This document shows, one piece after another, positions 9,200 through 19,300 of a stretch of DNA of 64,000 nucleotides. Below the pieces are notes generated by a model, which was not told where the DNA came from, did not search any database, and was given only the letters and a program-made list of their open reading frames with translations. The stretch covers positions 9,034-73,033 of the forward strand of contig DJEP01000026.1 of NCBI GenBank assembly GCA_002431915.1, in the 5' to 3' direction. The first letter of the stretch is position 1. Each line of letters opens with the position of its first letter. The DNA comes from Lachnospiraceae bacterium UBA5895. Lineage in GTDB: Bacteria; Bacillota; Clostridia; Lachnospirales; Lachnospiraceae. The position numbers were made by a program, and so were the translations under genes.

Positions 9200-9255
9200 T
9201 CAATATTCAGCACTGCCCATTATAGCATATTTCCGTGCATTTGCAAATGCCGCAG
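9200..9255. repeat. Half copy E of the AACTATTCAG-terminus repeat family
   Basis: TCAATATTCAGCACTGCC aligns with copy A TCAACTATTCAGCACTCC. An internal 14-bp palindrome GCATTTGCAAATGC is present. Confidence 0.5.
9219..9247 (-). promoter_or_regulatory. Candidate sigma-A promoter for ychF
   Basis: Minus strand reads TTTGCA - 17 nt - TGcTATAAT (extended -10). The predicted start falls on the repeat-family terminus GCTGAATATTG. Confidence 0.5.
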
Positions 9256-9271
9256 AACGATCTGTTAACGA

Positions 9272-10282
9272 CTATTGTTCAAAATATGCTGTAATTCCGG
9301 ACAGCAGTCCCTCTGCCAGCAGTTGAAGCGTGGCATCACTGTGGTCGGAATATGCATTTCCCAGTTCCATGTCCACGGACGGGATCGTGCTGTAGGAGGT
9401 CTGGGTCAGGTCAATACTCATATGTCCTTTCCCGTAGATCGTTGCCCCCTGCTCCCGCAGTTCTTCCACAAGATCTGCTCCCAGGGCATCGTGCTGCTGC
9501 CAGTGGGATGACACCGGTTCCATACTTTTCAGTTCCTCCGGCACCGAGATATAAAAGCATCCTTTGTCATAATTTTTACCGTCACCACTGTCCCAGTGCA
9601 GCGCAATATGACAGTCCGCCACATTGTTGCAGATCACGGTCCGCGCCACATTATCTAACTGTACATCCTCGCCATCCCGGAGCATCAGCACATCATACCC
9701 GGAAGCAAGAAGCTTATCCCGCAGGATCTGCGCCATTCGCAATGTAACCGTCTTCTCCGGTGTCCCGTCCTGAAATGTCATGCCGCCGGAGACTGCCACA
9801 GCTTCCGTAGCTCCTGCCGCCGTGCTGCCTCCCGTGGTCTTGGCAGAGCCGTCCGGGTGGCACAGAGTCTTCACCTTCGCGCCGCCCGCCGTACCATGTC
9901 CGGCATTAACACCGATAACGATACCCTTACGTCCGGATTCCTCCGGCGCTCGATACAGCACCGCCGCTCCGGAATTGATTTTGGAATGATCCGCATACTC
10001 CCATGTAGGATCCAGGGTGATCTGCAGCAGATTCGCGTATTCCGGAATCATAGTTACTTCTGTCTCCGGTACTGTTTCTGCCACCTCAGTCACTGTCTCT
10101 ATAGTCTCCCGCTCCATGACCGTAGCTTCTATCGCTTCTACCGTCTCTATGGTCTCCGCGGTGTCGCTTCCCATACTCTCCGTACTTTCAGAACTTTTCT
10201 GCGTACCACAAGCCGTCATGCTCACGGACAGTATCACAACAGCTGCCGTCACTGCTGTTCTGTATTGTTTTCTGTAAAGCAT
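9272..10282 (-). CDS. N-acetylmuramoyl-L-alanine amidase-like lipoprotein
   Basis: 336 aa with a lipobox (SVSMTACG) and a Glu/Thr/Val-rich linker. The C-terminal domain resembles Amidase_3 by eye (GVNAGHGTAGG, HIALHWDS). Confidence 0.7.
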   Translation of the reverse strand: MLYRKQYRTAVTAAVVILSVSMTACGTQKSSESTESMGSDTAETIETVEAIEATVMERETIETVTEVAETVPETEVTMIPEYANLLQITLDPTWEYADHSKINSGAAVLYRAPEESGRKGIVIGVNAGHGTAGGAKVKTLCHPDGSAKTTGGSTAAGATEAVAVSGGMTFQDGTPEKTVTLRMAQILRDKLLASGYDVLMLRDGEDVQLDNVARTVICNNVADCHIALHWDSGDGKNYDKGCFYISVPEELKSMEPVSSHWQQHDALGADLVEELREQGATIYGKGHMSIDLTQTSYSTIPSVDMELGNAYSDHSDATLQLLAEGLLSGITAYFEQ

Positions 10283-10300
10283 ATCCTTTTACTCCTCCGA

Positions 10301-10340
10301 TATGAAAAGAACCACAGCTGTGAACTTACAGCTATGGTTC
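10301..10340 (-). terminator. Intrinsic terminator after the chemoreceptor gene
   Basis: 14-bp stem (10307-10320 / 10327-10340) with one G-U pair only in the minus-strand RNA, followed by UUUUC. Confidence 0.75.
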
Positions 10341-10388
10341 TTCTGTTCCCTCTTCCTTATTCCGCTTATTCTGGAACACATCCTCTAA

Positions 10389-11654
10389 TCAGCCACGCAG
10401 TTTGAAGTGATCTAACAGCTCGTTCAGAGTCGTTGCAGATGCAGACAACTCCTCGCTGGTAGCGGAAGTCTCCTGGGCTGCTGCGGAGTTGGACTGAATA
10501 ACATCGTTGATGTCTTCCACGCCCTTCTTGATGTTGCTGACAGATGCTGCCTGTTTGTCGGATGCAGTACGGATATTGGCAACCTCCTGGATAATCTGAT
10601 CCAGTTCGGACATAACTTCCTGCATTGCATCATTGGTCTCTTTGGTGACCTTATTACCTACTTCCACTTCATTCAGTGACTCTTCGATCAGCTTCTTGGA
10701 TTCTACTGCAGAATTTGCGCTTTCCTCCGCCAGCTGTCTGATCTGATCAGCTACCACTGCAAATCCTCTTCCAGCCTCTCCGGCACGTGCTGCCTCGATG
10801 GAAGCGTTCAGGGACAACAGATTGGTCTGGGATGCGATATTTTCAATATCCGCAATAATCTTCTCAATGTTCTGGGTCGTTCCGTTGATCTTCTTCATGG
10901 CAACGACCAGTTCATCCATCTTCTTCTGACTGTTGGCAGCCTCGATACCCACCTGTTTTGCCTTGTCATGAACAATATCGGTGGACTTGGTATTCTCCAG
11001 TACCTGACCGGTTACTTCTTCTACAGTAGCCACCAGTTCTTCCACGGATGCTGCCTGGTTGGTAGCGCCCTCCGCGATATCCTGTGCACTGACAGCCAGC
11101 TGATTGCTTCCCGAAGATACCTGTTCGGAAGAATCCTGAATGCCGTGCATGGTCTCACTGATCTTGTTTACCATCTCATCCAGTCCATCCAGCACACTGC
11201 GAAGCTGACCTACATAAGCATCCGGACAGCTGCTGTGTACATCGAAATTGCCTTCGGAGAAGTGCTCTACGATGTCAAACAGATCGGATACTACTTTCTT
11301 CAGAATGCCGGCTGCTGTCTCAAAGCTGTCGGAAAGTCTTCCCAGTTCATCCTCTGATTCATAAGGTGTTCCTATTTCAAAATCACCGGCTGCAATCTTC
11401 TCGGATGCCACTACCAGGTTCTCAATCGGATCCACTAACATTTTGGCAAGCATCTTCGACATAGCTGCGTTAAATGCAATGCCCAAAGCAACTAATATTA
11501 CAATAATTACGATCCCCACGTAACTTTTTGACTGTAACATTCCCACAATTGCAGCAACCGCCAACACCACATATAAAATATCCATGATGCGGAACACAAA
11601 AGAAAGCTTATTTTTGATTGGTTTCTCCCTCAGCATTTCTTCCAGTTTTTTCAT
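10389..11654 (-). CDS. Methyl-accepting chemotaxis protein (two TM, HAMP, no obvious extracellular sensor domain)
   Basis: 421 aa. The conserved MCP signalling hairpin region is present ([39 protein letters not shown]). Confidence 0.88.
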   Translation of the reverse strand: MKKLEEMLREKPIKNKLSFVFRIMDILYVVLAVAAIVGMLQSKSYVGIVIIVILVALGIAFNAAMSKMLAKMLVDPIENLVVASEKIAAGDFEIGTPYESEDELGRLSDSFETAAGILKKVVSDLFDIVEHFSEGNFDVHSSCPDAYVGQLRSVLDGLDEMVNKISETMHGIQDSSEQVSSGSNQLAVSAQDIAEGATNQAASVEELVATVEEVTGQVLENTKSTDIVHDKAKQVGIEAANSQKKMDELVVAMKKINGTTQNIEKIIADIENIASQTNLLSLNASIEAARAGEAGRGFAVVADQIRQLAEESANSAVESKKLIEESLNEVEVGNKVTKETNDAMQEVMSELDQIIQEVANIRTASDKQAASVSNIKKGVEDINDVIQSNSAAAQETSATSEELSASATTLNELLDHFKLRG

Positions 11655-11753
11655 TTGTCTCTTGCTCCTTCCGTTTATTAATACTCCTTTATTCTATTTT
11701 AATTTCACTTATTTGTTTCGTCAAGCGTTAAGCATCTTAAATTTATGTAAAAA

Positions 11754-12929
11754 TCATGCATGGGATGCCTTGCTCATCTCCAGTAATTTATCCCGCATCT
11801 CATTTTCAATGCGCTGTAAATCTTCCTCGGCGCTCTGTCTTCTCGCACGACCCTCTTCCTGGATCTTCATGACTTCATCCAGTGTATTCATCAGGGTCTG
11901 ATTGGTGGATTTCAATGTTTCAATATCCACAATTCCCCGCTCGGATTCCTTCGCTGTCTCCACAGAAGCCACCTTCAGTGCTTCCGCGTTCTTCTTCAAC
12001 AGTTCATTGGTCATATCCGATACGGCGCGCTGTGCCTTGGCGGCATCAGTGGCATGATCCAAACCAATGGCAATAACCATCTGACTCTTCCACAGAGGGA
12101 TCGTATTCACTAACGTCGACTGAATCTTCTCGGACATGGCGATATCATTGGACTGGATCAGACGGATCTGGGGTGCCATCTGCAGGGAAATGGCTCTGGT
12201 CAGCTCCAGATCATAGATCTTCTTCTCAAACCGCTCACACATTGCCGCGAAATCTTTCGCTGCCTGGGTATCCTCCGGCAATCCGCTCTTCTGTGCCTTC
12301 TCTAAAAGTTCCGGAAGTTCCACGCTTTTTGCCTGCGCCAGTTTCTTTTTTCCTGCCAGGATGTACATGGACAGTTCCTTGAAGTAATTCAGATTCAACT
12401 GGTACAGCTTGTCCAACACTGCCACATCTTTTAACAATACTACCTGGTGGCTCTCCATGGCATCACAGATCTTTGTAATATTGACTTCCGCCTTATCGTA
12501 CTTTGCTTTCAGATTGCTCAGCTTGTCCCCACTTTTTTTGAACAGTCCAAAGAAGCCTTTGTCTTCCTCAGTATCAAAATCTTTTAACTGTGCCACCACA
12601 TCGGTTAAAAGATTTCCGACTTCTCCCATATCCTTGGTCCGGACATTACTAAGCGCCGTCTCAGAGAAATCAGCGATCTTTTTCTGACTTCCGGCACCGT
12701 ACTGTAACACCGCCTGGGTATTGGTCAGGTCGATCTGTGCTGCAAAATCATCCACCTGCTTCTGTTCTTCCGGTGTAAGTTCCATCTCGGGAACCGCCTG
12801 CTCTTCCACTAACTCTTCCGGCTTCTTCTCCACGATCTCTGCCTTTGCCTCCGCAAAAGGATCCAGTGTAAGTGTCGGTGCCTCTTTCGTTGCTGCATCT
12901 AAATTCATATTCATAATTGATACCCCCAT
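11754..12929 (-). CDS. telA: TelA/YaaN-family toxic anion resistance-like protein
   Basis: 391 aa, all-helical, and collinear with the TelA/KlaA/YaaN family by eye. It is paired with an XpaC-like gene, as yaaN-xpaC are in B. subtilis. Confidence 0.75.
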   Translation of the reverse strand: MGVSIMNMNLDAATKEAPTLTLDPFAEAKAEIVEKKPEELVEEQAVPEMELTPEEQKQVDDFAAQIDLTNTQAVLQYGAGSQKKIADFSETALSNVRTKDMGEVGNLLTDVVAQLKDFDTEEDKGFFGLFKKSGDKLSNLKAKYDKAEVNITKICDAMESHQVVLLKDVAVLDKLYQLNLNYFKELSMYILAGKKKLAQAKSVELPELLEKAQKSGLPEDTQAAKDFAAMCERFEKKIYDLELTRAISLQMAPQIRLIQSNDIAMSEKIQSTLVNTIPLWKSQMVIAIGLDHATDAAKAQRAVSDMTNELLKKNAEALKVASVETAKESERGIVDIETLKSTNQTLMNTLDEVMKIQEEGRARRQSAEEDLQRIENEMRDKLLEMSKASHA

Positions 12930-12955
12930 TTTCTTACCATTGCATCATTTATATT

Positions 12956-14347
12956 TTACTGCTTTTCCATTACAAATTCCGATTCCGTCAGACCTTCCTT
13001 TGCCAGCATGGTCTGTAATACCTGTGCATCTGCCGATGCATCAAAGGCTGCATCCTGGAACAGATTGTTTAACAATGTCACAAATGCCTGATTGATCATG
13101 TCCAGTGTCTTCTCGATCTCTTTCTTGGCATCGAGAATGTCTTCTCCGGGACTGCTGACCTCGTCAAATTCCGCATACTGCTCTACCAGCTTTAAAGTAG
13201 TGGGCAGATAATAATCCATTAATTTGTGCATTCTGTGCATCTGCTCCGGATGTTCCTGCACTCTGTCGAAAATCTCCTTCAACAGATTCTCCAGACGATA
13301 CAGCTTCTCGGAGATTGTCTCTCCTTCGATCCGGTCGTTCAGATCCCGCAGATGTCTGATGTATTCCATCCCCTCTGCCACCATGCTGTGGAGTTCCTGT
13401 TTTCTCTCCGTCTGTGCAGCGTCCTGTGCTGTTTCATTGTCCGGCATCTGTTTTGCCTGTTCTTCTGATTTTTTCTGTTCCAGATAAGCCTTTTCTGTCT
13501 CCAGATACTGATGATAGATCACATCATTTAACATAAAACAGGTCTCTTTGTCATCCAGATGTCCGTCGGGGAACATTCCGGCTTTCAACATTTTCCGCAG
13601 GTCCTTTTTTACATAGCGGACGCTTTTGCCGGTATAACGTGCCATTTCCGCGATCACACCGTACATCTTGGTGCCGCACAGTTCCAAATATTTCTCCGCA
13701 CGCCGTAGTCTCCTGCGCTGTCCGTTGCCATAGGAGATCATCTCCAAAAATACCAAAGAAAGTACTCCCGGAAGAATTGCCGCGCTTAAATTTGCTGCAC
13801 TAAAAGCTGCCAGGAGAAGCTGTACGAAAAGTCCCAGCCCTGAAAAGCCAAGCCCGATGCCACCGAACACGGTACACAGGGTTCCGGATACGCTTCCCTT
13901 TTTTTCCATTTTCACTAACGAAGTCATCTCGGAAGCCGTAGCCGGTCTGGGAGTCACGGGCTGTTCCTGATTCCTTGCACGGTTCTGCGCTGCCTGTGCC
14001 TTACGCTGTTCTTCCCATTGTTTTTCCCGCTCTTTTCGCTGTCTGTGCCATTCTTCGTTCTGTCTGCGGTGTTCTTCCCGCTGTCTTTCCCGTTCTTCGC
14101 GCTCCGCCTGGATCTGTTCTTCGGACTTCTCTTCTTCCCGTTTTTTATCCTGCCAGTTGCGTTGGGAATTCCAGACCTTTTCCTCCGTGGCTTCCCTGGA
14201 CAGATTCGCCTGAAAATCTGCTTCCCGCAGAGCATCGTTGACCGTATCGGTTACTAATGTATTCAGTGCCCGGAAATCTCCGGTTTTCATGGCTTCAGCG
14301 ATGGTCTCTTTAAATTTTTCCCCTAGATGATTCTGCACTTCACTCAT
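12956..14347 (-). CDS. XpaC-like (5-bromo-4-chloroindolyl phosphate hydrolysis family) membrane protein with an E/R/K-rich helical insert
   Basis: 463 aa with a central TM hairpin. The C-terminal helical region (MHKLMDYYLPTTLKLVEQYAEF) resembles the XpaC family. It is adjacent to telA. Confidence 0.55.
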   Translation of the reverse strand: MSEVQNHLGEKFKETIAEAMKTGDFRALNTLVTDTVNDALREADFQANLSREATEEKVWNSQRNWQDKKREEEKSEEQIQAEREERERQREEHRRQNEEWHRQRKEREKQWEEQRKAQAAQNRARNQEQPVTPRPATASEMTSLVKMEKKGSVSGTLCTVFGGIGLGFSGLGLFVQLLLAAFSAANLSAAILPGVLSLVFLEMISYGNGQRRRLRRAEKYLELCGTKMYGVIAEMARYTGKSVRYVKKDLRKMLKAGMFPDGHLDDKETCFMLNDVIYHQYLETEKAYLEQKKSEEQAKQMPDNETAQDAAQTERKQELHSMVAEGMEYIRHLRDLNDRIEGETISEKLYRLENLLKEIFDRVQEHPEQMHRMHKLMDYYLPTTLKLVEQYAEFDEVSSPGEDILDAKKEIEKTLDMINQAFVTLLNNLFQDAAFDASADAQVLQTMLAKEGLTESEFVMEKQ

Positions 14348-14349
14348 AA

Positions 14350-15243
14350 TTAATATTTTCTCTGACTTTTCAGTTCCTCATAGAGCAGACAGTAATTCTC
14401 GTAACGTGTCTGCGAAATGTCTCCTTCCGCCACGGCATCCTTCACGCCGCAGACCGGTTCTGAGATATGAGAACATCCTCCGAATCTGCAATATTTTTCA
14501 AAAGGAACAAATTCGGGATAAAATCCCGCCAGCTGCTCTTTTTCCAGTCCGAACAGCCCCAGGGAACTGAACCCCGGAGTATCCAGAATGTAAGTATCCG
14601 GTGCAATGGAGATCAGTTCGGAATGCCTGGTGGTATGTTTTCCACGCTCGATCTTCTCACTGATGGAGCCGGTCTCCATCACAATCCCCGACTGTAAACA
14701 GTTGACTAACGAAGACTTGCCGACACCGCTGGGTCCCGCCACCGTGGTGGTCTTGCCCCGAAGCAGGTCTTTTAAACTGTCGATGCCTTCCTTCTCTCTG
14801 GCACTGACTGTAATGGTCTGAAATCCCGCCTGTTCATAGATGGAACGATAATCCTCTTTTTTCCCCTCTGCGTCAATGTCCTGCTTGTTAAAACAGATGA
14901 TACAGGGAATATCCTGCTGCTGCATCATGATCAGGAAGCGATCCAGCAGATTAAAATTGGGCTGTGGCTTACAGATGGCAAAAATCACCAGTGCCTGATC
15001 CACATTGGCTACCGCCGGGCGAATCAGTTCGCTGTGCCTGGGAAGCAGTTCTGTGATATTTCCCTTTTTCTGTGCTTCATCTATGACTTCCATCTCCACA
15101 TCGTCCCCGACTAATGGTTTCCTGTGGTCCTTACGGAAGACACCTTTTGCCTTGCATTCATAGATTCCGTCCGCACTGTGGAGTGCATCCCCCGCATGGA
15201 CGTAATAGAATCCGGCAATTCCTTTTATAATCTTGCCCTTCAT
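14350..15243 (-). CDS. rsgA: Ribosome small subunit-dependent GTPase A
   Basis: 297 aa with a circularly permuted GTPase (NKQD then GPSGVGKSSLVN) and a C-terminal zinc knuckle CRFGGCSHISEPVC. Confidence 0.92.
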   Translation of the reverse strand: MKGKIIKGIAGFYYVHAGDALHSADGIYECKAKGVFRKDHRKPLVGDDVEMEVIDEAQKKGNITELLPRHSELIRPAVANVDQALVIFAICKPQPNFNLLDRFLIMMQQQDIPCIICFNKQDIDAEGKKEDYRSIYEQAGFQTITVSAREKEGIDSLKDLLRGKTTTVAGPSGVGKSSLVNCLQSGIVMETGSISEKIERGKHTTRHSELISIAPDTYILDTPGFSSLGLFGLEKEQLAGFYPEFVPFEKYCRFGGCSHISEPVCGVKDAVAEGDISQTRYENYCLLYEELKSQRKY

Positions 15244-15259
15244 AGTTCCTGCCTTTGTC

Positions 15260-17392
15260 TTATTCCTTCACGAATTCCACCCTTCGGGTAAAGGACTGGT
15301 TCTCCGTAGTGCCGGGAACATTCACCGTATTGCCATCCGCATCGGTCGTCGTACTTCCTCCCTCCGTTGTCACCTGATAGGTCATGGTAATCGTACCACC
15401 GGAAGAAGCGATGCCGTTGATATTGGTAGATACCGGGAATGTGGTAACCTTTGTATCCATCAGCACGGTGCCGTCATCTGCCACCAGGGTGATGCCGACT
15501 TCCATTCCTGATACATACTTGGGTGCCTCGGAAGTCGTCGGTGCCGCAATGCTGACATTGCACTTATAGGTCACTTTCTGTGCGCCCTGGCTCACCTTAA
15601 TATCAATGGAGGTTCCCTGATCCACATAAGATCCGTGGGAATAGCTCTGATAGCAGATCATGCCCTCTCCCACTTCATCACTGTAGATATAGGTCACACT
15701 GCCTACCGTCAGTCCGGCTTCGATGGCTTCCACCGTACCATCCTGCTCTGACAGTCCGATCAGATTCGGCACGCGGATCTTCGTATCTTCCTTACCCAGG
15801 CTTACGGCAACGGTGATCACACTGCCCTTCGGCGCCTTATTGCCTTCTGCGGGAGTCTGGGAGATCACGCGTCCTGCCTCTATGGTATCGGAATAGCCTT
15901 CCGTCTTATTGACCAGAAAGCCCTTGCTTACCAGCTGTGTATTCGCCTCGTCAAAGGTAAGTTCCACCACATTGGGAACTTCCACGCCCTGGGTTCCGGC
16001 ACTTGCCGTAAGTGTTACCTTGCTGCCCTTGTCAATCCGGGCACCCACGCTGACATCGGCACTGATAACCACACCTTCTGCCACGGAATCGGATTCCTCA
16101 TATGCAACTTCCGTCAGAATTCCCAGTCCGGTCAGTGTATTTCTCGCATCATCCACATTCATGCCTGTGACATCCGGCATGGTGACTTTCACATTTTCTT
16201 CTCCGGTCTCTTCGGTTGTAATTATGGGTCCGGAAGAATTGTTATCGTCATTCTTTTTCCCACCGAAGATCTTCACCGCCAGTACGATCAGGATGATACA
16301 AATCACAATACCGGCAACGATTGCCAGAATCGTGGTCACTTTTTCCATCTTGGGATCGTAGTCGTAATCGTCTTCGCCTTCTCCCTCTTCTTCGTTCTCG
16401 TACATTGCTTCTGTATCGGAACGCAGACGCATGGTCTCATCGTGATCCGTTTCCTCGTATTCACGATTTGCGGGATAAGGAGTCTTTTTCTTGATCTGTG
16501 CCATATCCTCATCGGAGAGCATCCGTGTGCCGCCCTCCATGTCCGGATCATGGTTCACCACAAAATCCTCATCCGGATTGATCAGAGACTGCTTCAGGTC
16601 AGCGATCAGCTCCGCCATATTCTGGTATCTGCGGTCCGGGGACTTCTGACAGCATTTCAGTACGATGCTTGCCACACTGGAAGGGATCTCCGGTACATAT
16701 TCCTTGGGAGACGGCATCTCCTCCTGAATGTGTTTGATGGCAATTGCTACCGTGGTCTCCCCATTAAAGGGCACTCTGCCGGTCAGCATCTCGAACATGG
16801 TGATTCCCAGCGAATAAATATCACTCTTCTCATCGCTGTAACCGCCTCTTGCCTGCTCCGGAGAAGTATAATGCACACTTCCCATGACATTGGAAGTAAT
16901 GGTGTTACTGGTAGCCGCCTTGGCGATACCGAAGTCCGTCACCTTTACCTTGCCGTCTTTGGAGATAATGATATTCTGCGGCTTGATATCCCGATGAATA
17001 ATATGATTATTATGCGCAGCCTGAATACCCATGCTTACCTGGATGGCAATACTTACTGCCTCCTTATAAGAAAGACGCGCCTTTTTCTCAATGTATTTTT
17101 TGAGGGTGATGCCTTCTACCAGTTCCATTACGATATAGTAGATTCCGTTCTCTTCCCCTACATCATAGACGTTTACGATGTTTGGATGCATCAGTCCCGC
17201 TGCCGCCTGTGCTTCAATGCGGAATTTAGAGACAAAATTAGCGTTCTCACTGAATTCCTGTTTTAATACCTTGATTGCCACATAGCGATTCAGCTTATGA
17301 CATTTTGCTTTATAGACATCTGACATACCGCCGGTTCCGATCTTCTCCAGGATCTCGTAGCGATCGCCAATCATCATTCCTATTTTGATCAT
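15260..17392 (-). CDS. prkC: Ser/Thr protein kinase with extracellular PASTA repeats (PrkC/Stk)
   Basis: Kinase motifs GTGGMSDVYKA, HRDIKPQN and DFG, then one TM and C-terminal PASTA-like repeats. Start placed at MIKIGMMIG (SD GGAG 7 nt upstream). The track start is TTG at 17410. Confidence 0.92.
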   Translation of the reverse strand: MIKIGMMIGDRYEILEKIGTGGMSDVYKAKCHKLNRYVAIKVLKQEFSENANFVSKFRIEAQAAAGLMHPNIVNVYDVGEENGIYYIVMELVEGITLKKYIEKKARLSYKEAVSIAIQVSMGIQAAHNNHIIHRDIKPQNIIISKDGKVKVTDFGIAKAATSNTITSNVMGSVHYTSPEQARGGYSDEKSDIYSLGITMFEMLTGRVPFNGETTVAIAIKHIQEEMPSPKEYVPEIPSSVASIVLKCCQKSPDRRYQNMAELIADLKQSLINPDEDFVVNHDPDMEGGTRMLSDEDMAQIKKKTPYPANREYEETDHDETMRLRSDTEAMYENEEEGEGEDDYDYDPKMEKVTTILAIVAGIVICIILIVLAVKIFGGKKNDDNNSSGPIITTEETGEENVKVTMPDVTGMNVDDARNTLTGLGILTEVAYEESDSVAEGVVISADVSVGARIDKGSKVTLTASAGTQGVEVPNVVELTFDEANTQLVSKGFLVNKTEGYSDTIEAGRVISQTPAEGNKAPKGSVITVAVSLGKEDTKIRVPNLIGLSEQDGTVEAIEAGLTVGSVTYIYSDEVGEGMICYQSYSHGSYVDQGTSIDIKVSQGAQKVTYKCNVSIAAPTTSEAPKYVSGMEVGITLVADDGTVLMDTKVTTFPVSTNINGIASSGGTITMTYQVTTEGGSTTTDADGNTVNVPGTTENQSFTRRVEFVKE

Positions 17393-17439
17393 TCCTGTTC
17401 TCCATTCCAAAAACTAAGTAACTAAGAATATTCTCTGTC

Positions 17440-18168
17440 TTATGCACACGGCTCGATCAGTATCACACTGATATTGTCTTTTCCACCGTTGGCATTGGCT
17501 GCTTCTACCAGGTGCTGTGCCTTTTCCACAAGGTCTCTTGCTCCGCTGATAATCATACGAATCTCTTCATCCTCCAGCATGTTGGTCAGACCGTCCGTAC
17601 ACATTAAGACGATGTCACCCTCCTGCAGTTCCACGGTAAAAAAGTCCGGTTCCACATGGTCTTCCGCTCCTACTGCCCTGGTAATAATATTTTTCTTGGG
17701 ATGATTCCTGGCGTCCTCACGATCCAGTTCTCCGATACGTACCATTTCCTCTACATAAGAATGGTCTCTTGTGATCTGGCGGATCTTGTTCCCCACCACA
17801 TAGAGCCTGCTGTCACCCACATTGGCCACCTGCAAAAATCTGCCCATGCAGGATGCCGCCACTACGGTCGTACCCATGCCTTCCAGTTTCTTATCCTCAC
17901 TGGCACGCTTCCGAATCACCGCATTGGCTTCCTCGATTGCCCTGCGGAAAATCAGTGACGGATTCTTCTCGAAAGAATTCTCCATCTCGTTAAGCATGGT
18001 CTCCACCGTCACCTTCGACGCATAATCTCCCGCATTATGTCCACCCATACCGTCCGCTACGATAAACACGTTGGGCAGGTTACCCACCGGCTCTTCAGAG
18101 GTATAGATATAGTCCTGATTGATATTTCTTTTCCTTCCAATATCGGTTATGGAAAACGTCTTGAGCAC
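17440..18168 (-). CDS. prpC: PP2C-family Ser/Thr phosphatase (PrpC/Stp)
   Basis: Motifs RKRNINQDY, ADGMGGHNAGD and CTDGLTN. Start placed at GTG 18168 (SD GGAGGAA 7 nt upstream), next to the rlmN stop. Confidence 0.9.
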   Translation of the reverse strand: MLKTFSITDIGRKRNINQDYIYTSEEPVGNLPNVFIVADGMGGHNAGDYASKVTVETMLNEMENSFEKNPSLIFRRAIEEANAVIRKRASEDKKLEGMGTTVVAASCMGRFLQVANVGDSRLYVVGNKIRQITRDHSYVEEMVRIGELDREDARNHPKKNIITRAVGAEDHVEPDFFTVELQEGDIVLMCTDGLTNMLEDEEIRMIISGARDLVEKAQHLVEAANANGGKDNISVILIEPCA

Positions 18169-18169
18169 G

Positions 18170-19243
18170 TCAAACTTCCTCCTGTGAGAGTCCGTCCGGG
18201 TTCTGTGTCTCCTGCACATGACGGCGTCTTAACTGTCCGCAGGCACCGTCGATATCCCGGCCCATTTCCCTTCTAATTGTAACATGTATCTTCTTACTTT
18301 CAAGTTTATTTTTAAATGCCTGAATGTGCTTTGTGTCCGACTGCACGTAATCCCGCTCCTTGATGGGGTTCACCGGGATGAGGTTCACATGGCAGCACAG
18401 AGGCTTCGCCAGGGCGATCAGTTCTCTGGCATCCTCTTCCGTATCATTCACACCGCCCACCAGACTGTACTCAAAAGTGATCCGCCGCCCGGTCTGTTCA
18501 AAATAGTACCGGCAGGCATCCATCAGTTCATCGATGGAATACCGGTTGGCGATAGGCATCAGTTTTCTTCGCTTCTCATTGGTTGTGGCATGCAGGGATA
18601 ATGCCAGTGTGATCTGCTGCTTTTCATCCGCCAACTGTCTGATCCTTGGCACAATGCCGCAGGTGGATACCGTCACATTTCTCTGACTGATATTCAGACC
18701 GTTCTCATCGGTTAAAAGATGCAGAAATTTTAACAGATTGTCATAATTATCCATGGGTTCCCCGGTACCCATGACTACCACGTTGGAGACTCTCTCTCCC
18801 GTAAGCCTTGTGATGGCATAGATCTGATCCAGCATCTCGGAAGGCGTCAGATTCCGCTCCAGTCCATCCAGGGTGGACGCACAGAATCTGCAGCCCATAC
18901 GGCATCCCACCTGGGAAGAGATACAGACACTGTTGCCGTGTTTGTACTGCATCCACACGCTTTCCACCACATTGCCGTCAGACAGTTCAAATAAAAACTT
19001 TTTCGTTCCGTCAATCTTCGATTCCTGTATTCTGACAGGCTTTACACAGGTATATTCATACTTTCCCTTGCATTGTTCCCTGAATTTTGCGGAGAGATTG
19101 GTCATCTCTTCAAAGCTTCGCGCTAACTTCACATGCATCCACTCATACATCTGTTTTGCCCGGAAAGCTTTCTCTCCCATGCTCTCCAGTTCGGTTTTCA
19201 ATTCTTCCAGATTCAGGGATTTAATGTCTTTTTTACTATCCAT
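18170..19243 (-). CDS. rlmN: 23S rRNA/tRNA (adenine-C2)-methyltransferase RlmN
   Basis: 357 aa with radical SAM motif CRMGCRFC, in the canonical position upstream of prpC-prkC. Confidence 0.92.
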   Translation of the reverse strand: MDSKKDIKSLNLEELKTELESMGEKAFRAKQMYEWMHVKLARSFEEMTNLSAKFREQCKGKYEYTCVKPVRIQESKIDGTKKFLFELSDGNVVESVWMQYKHGNSVCISSQVGCRMGCRFCASTLDGLERNLTPSEMLDQIYAITRLTGERVSNVVVMGTGEPMDNYDNLLKFLHLLTDENGLNISQRNVTVSTCGIVPRIRQLADEKQQITLALSLHATTNEKRRKLMPIANRYSIDELMDACRYYFEQTGRRITFEYSLVGGVNDTEEDARELIALAKPLCCHVNLIPVNPIKERDYVQSDTKHIQAFKNKLESKKIHVTIRREMGRDIDGACGQLRRRHVQETQNPDGLSQEEV

Positions 19244-19250
19244 TCTCTTC

Positions 19251-19300
19251 TTTATTCTTCTTTGTTCTTCTTTATTCTTCTTTGTTCTTCTTTATTCTTC
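19251..19300. repeat. Tandem repeat: five 10-nt units (TTTRTTCTTC), i.e. 2.5 copies of a 20-nt unit
   Basis: It fills the rsmB-rlmN spacer and overlaps the last codons and stop of rsmB. On the minus strand it reads as GAAGAAYAAA repeats. Confidence 0.85.

Noticed and set aside
13954-14257. Three overlapping ORFs of 79-93 aa on both strands
   Set aside because: They fall in the E/R/K-rich repeat-like segment of the XpaC-like gene, where low-complexity purine/pyrimidine runs keep alternative frames open.
16442-17266. 274-aa plus-strand ORF
   Set aside because: It is antisense to the kinase domain of prkC, whose motifs are unambiguous.
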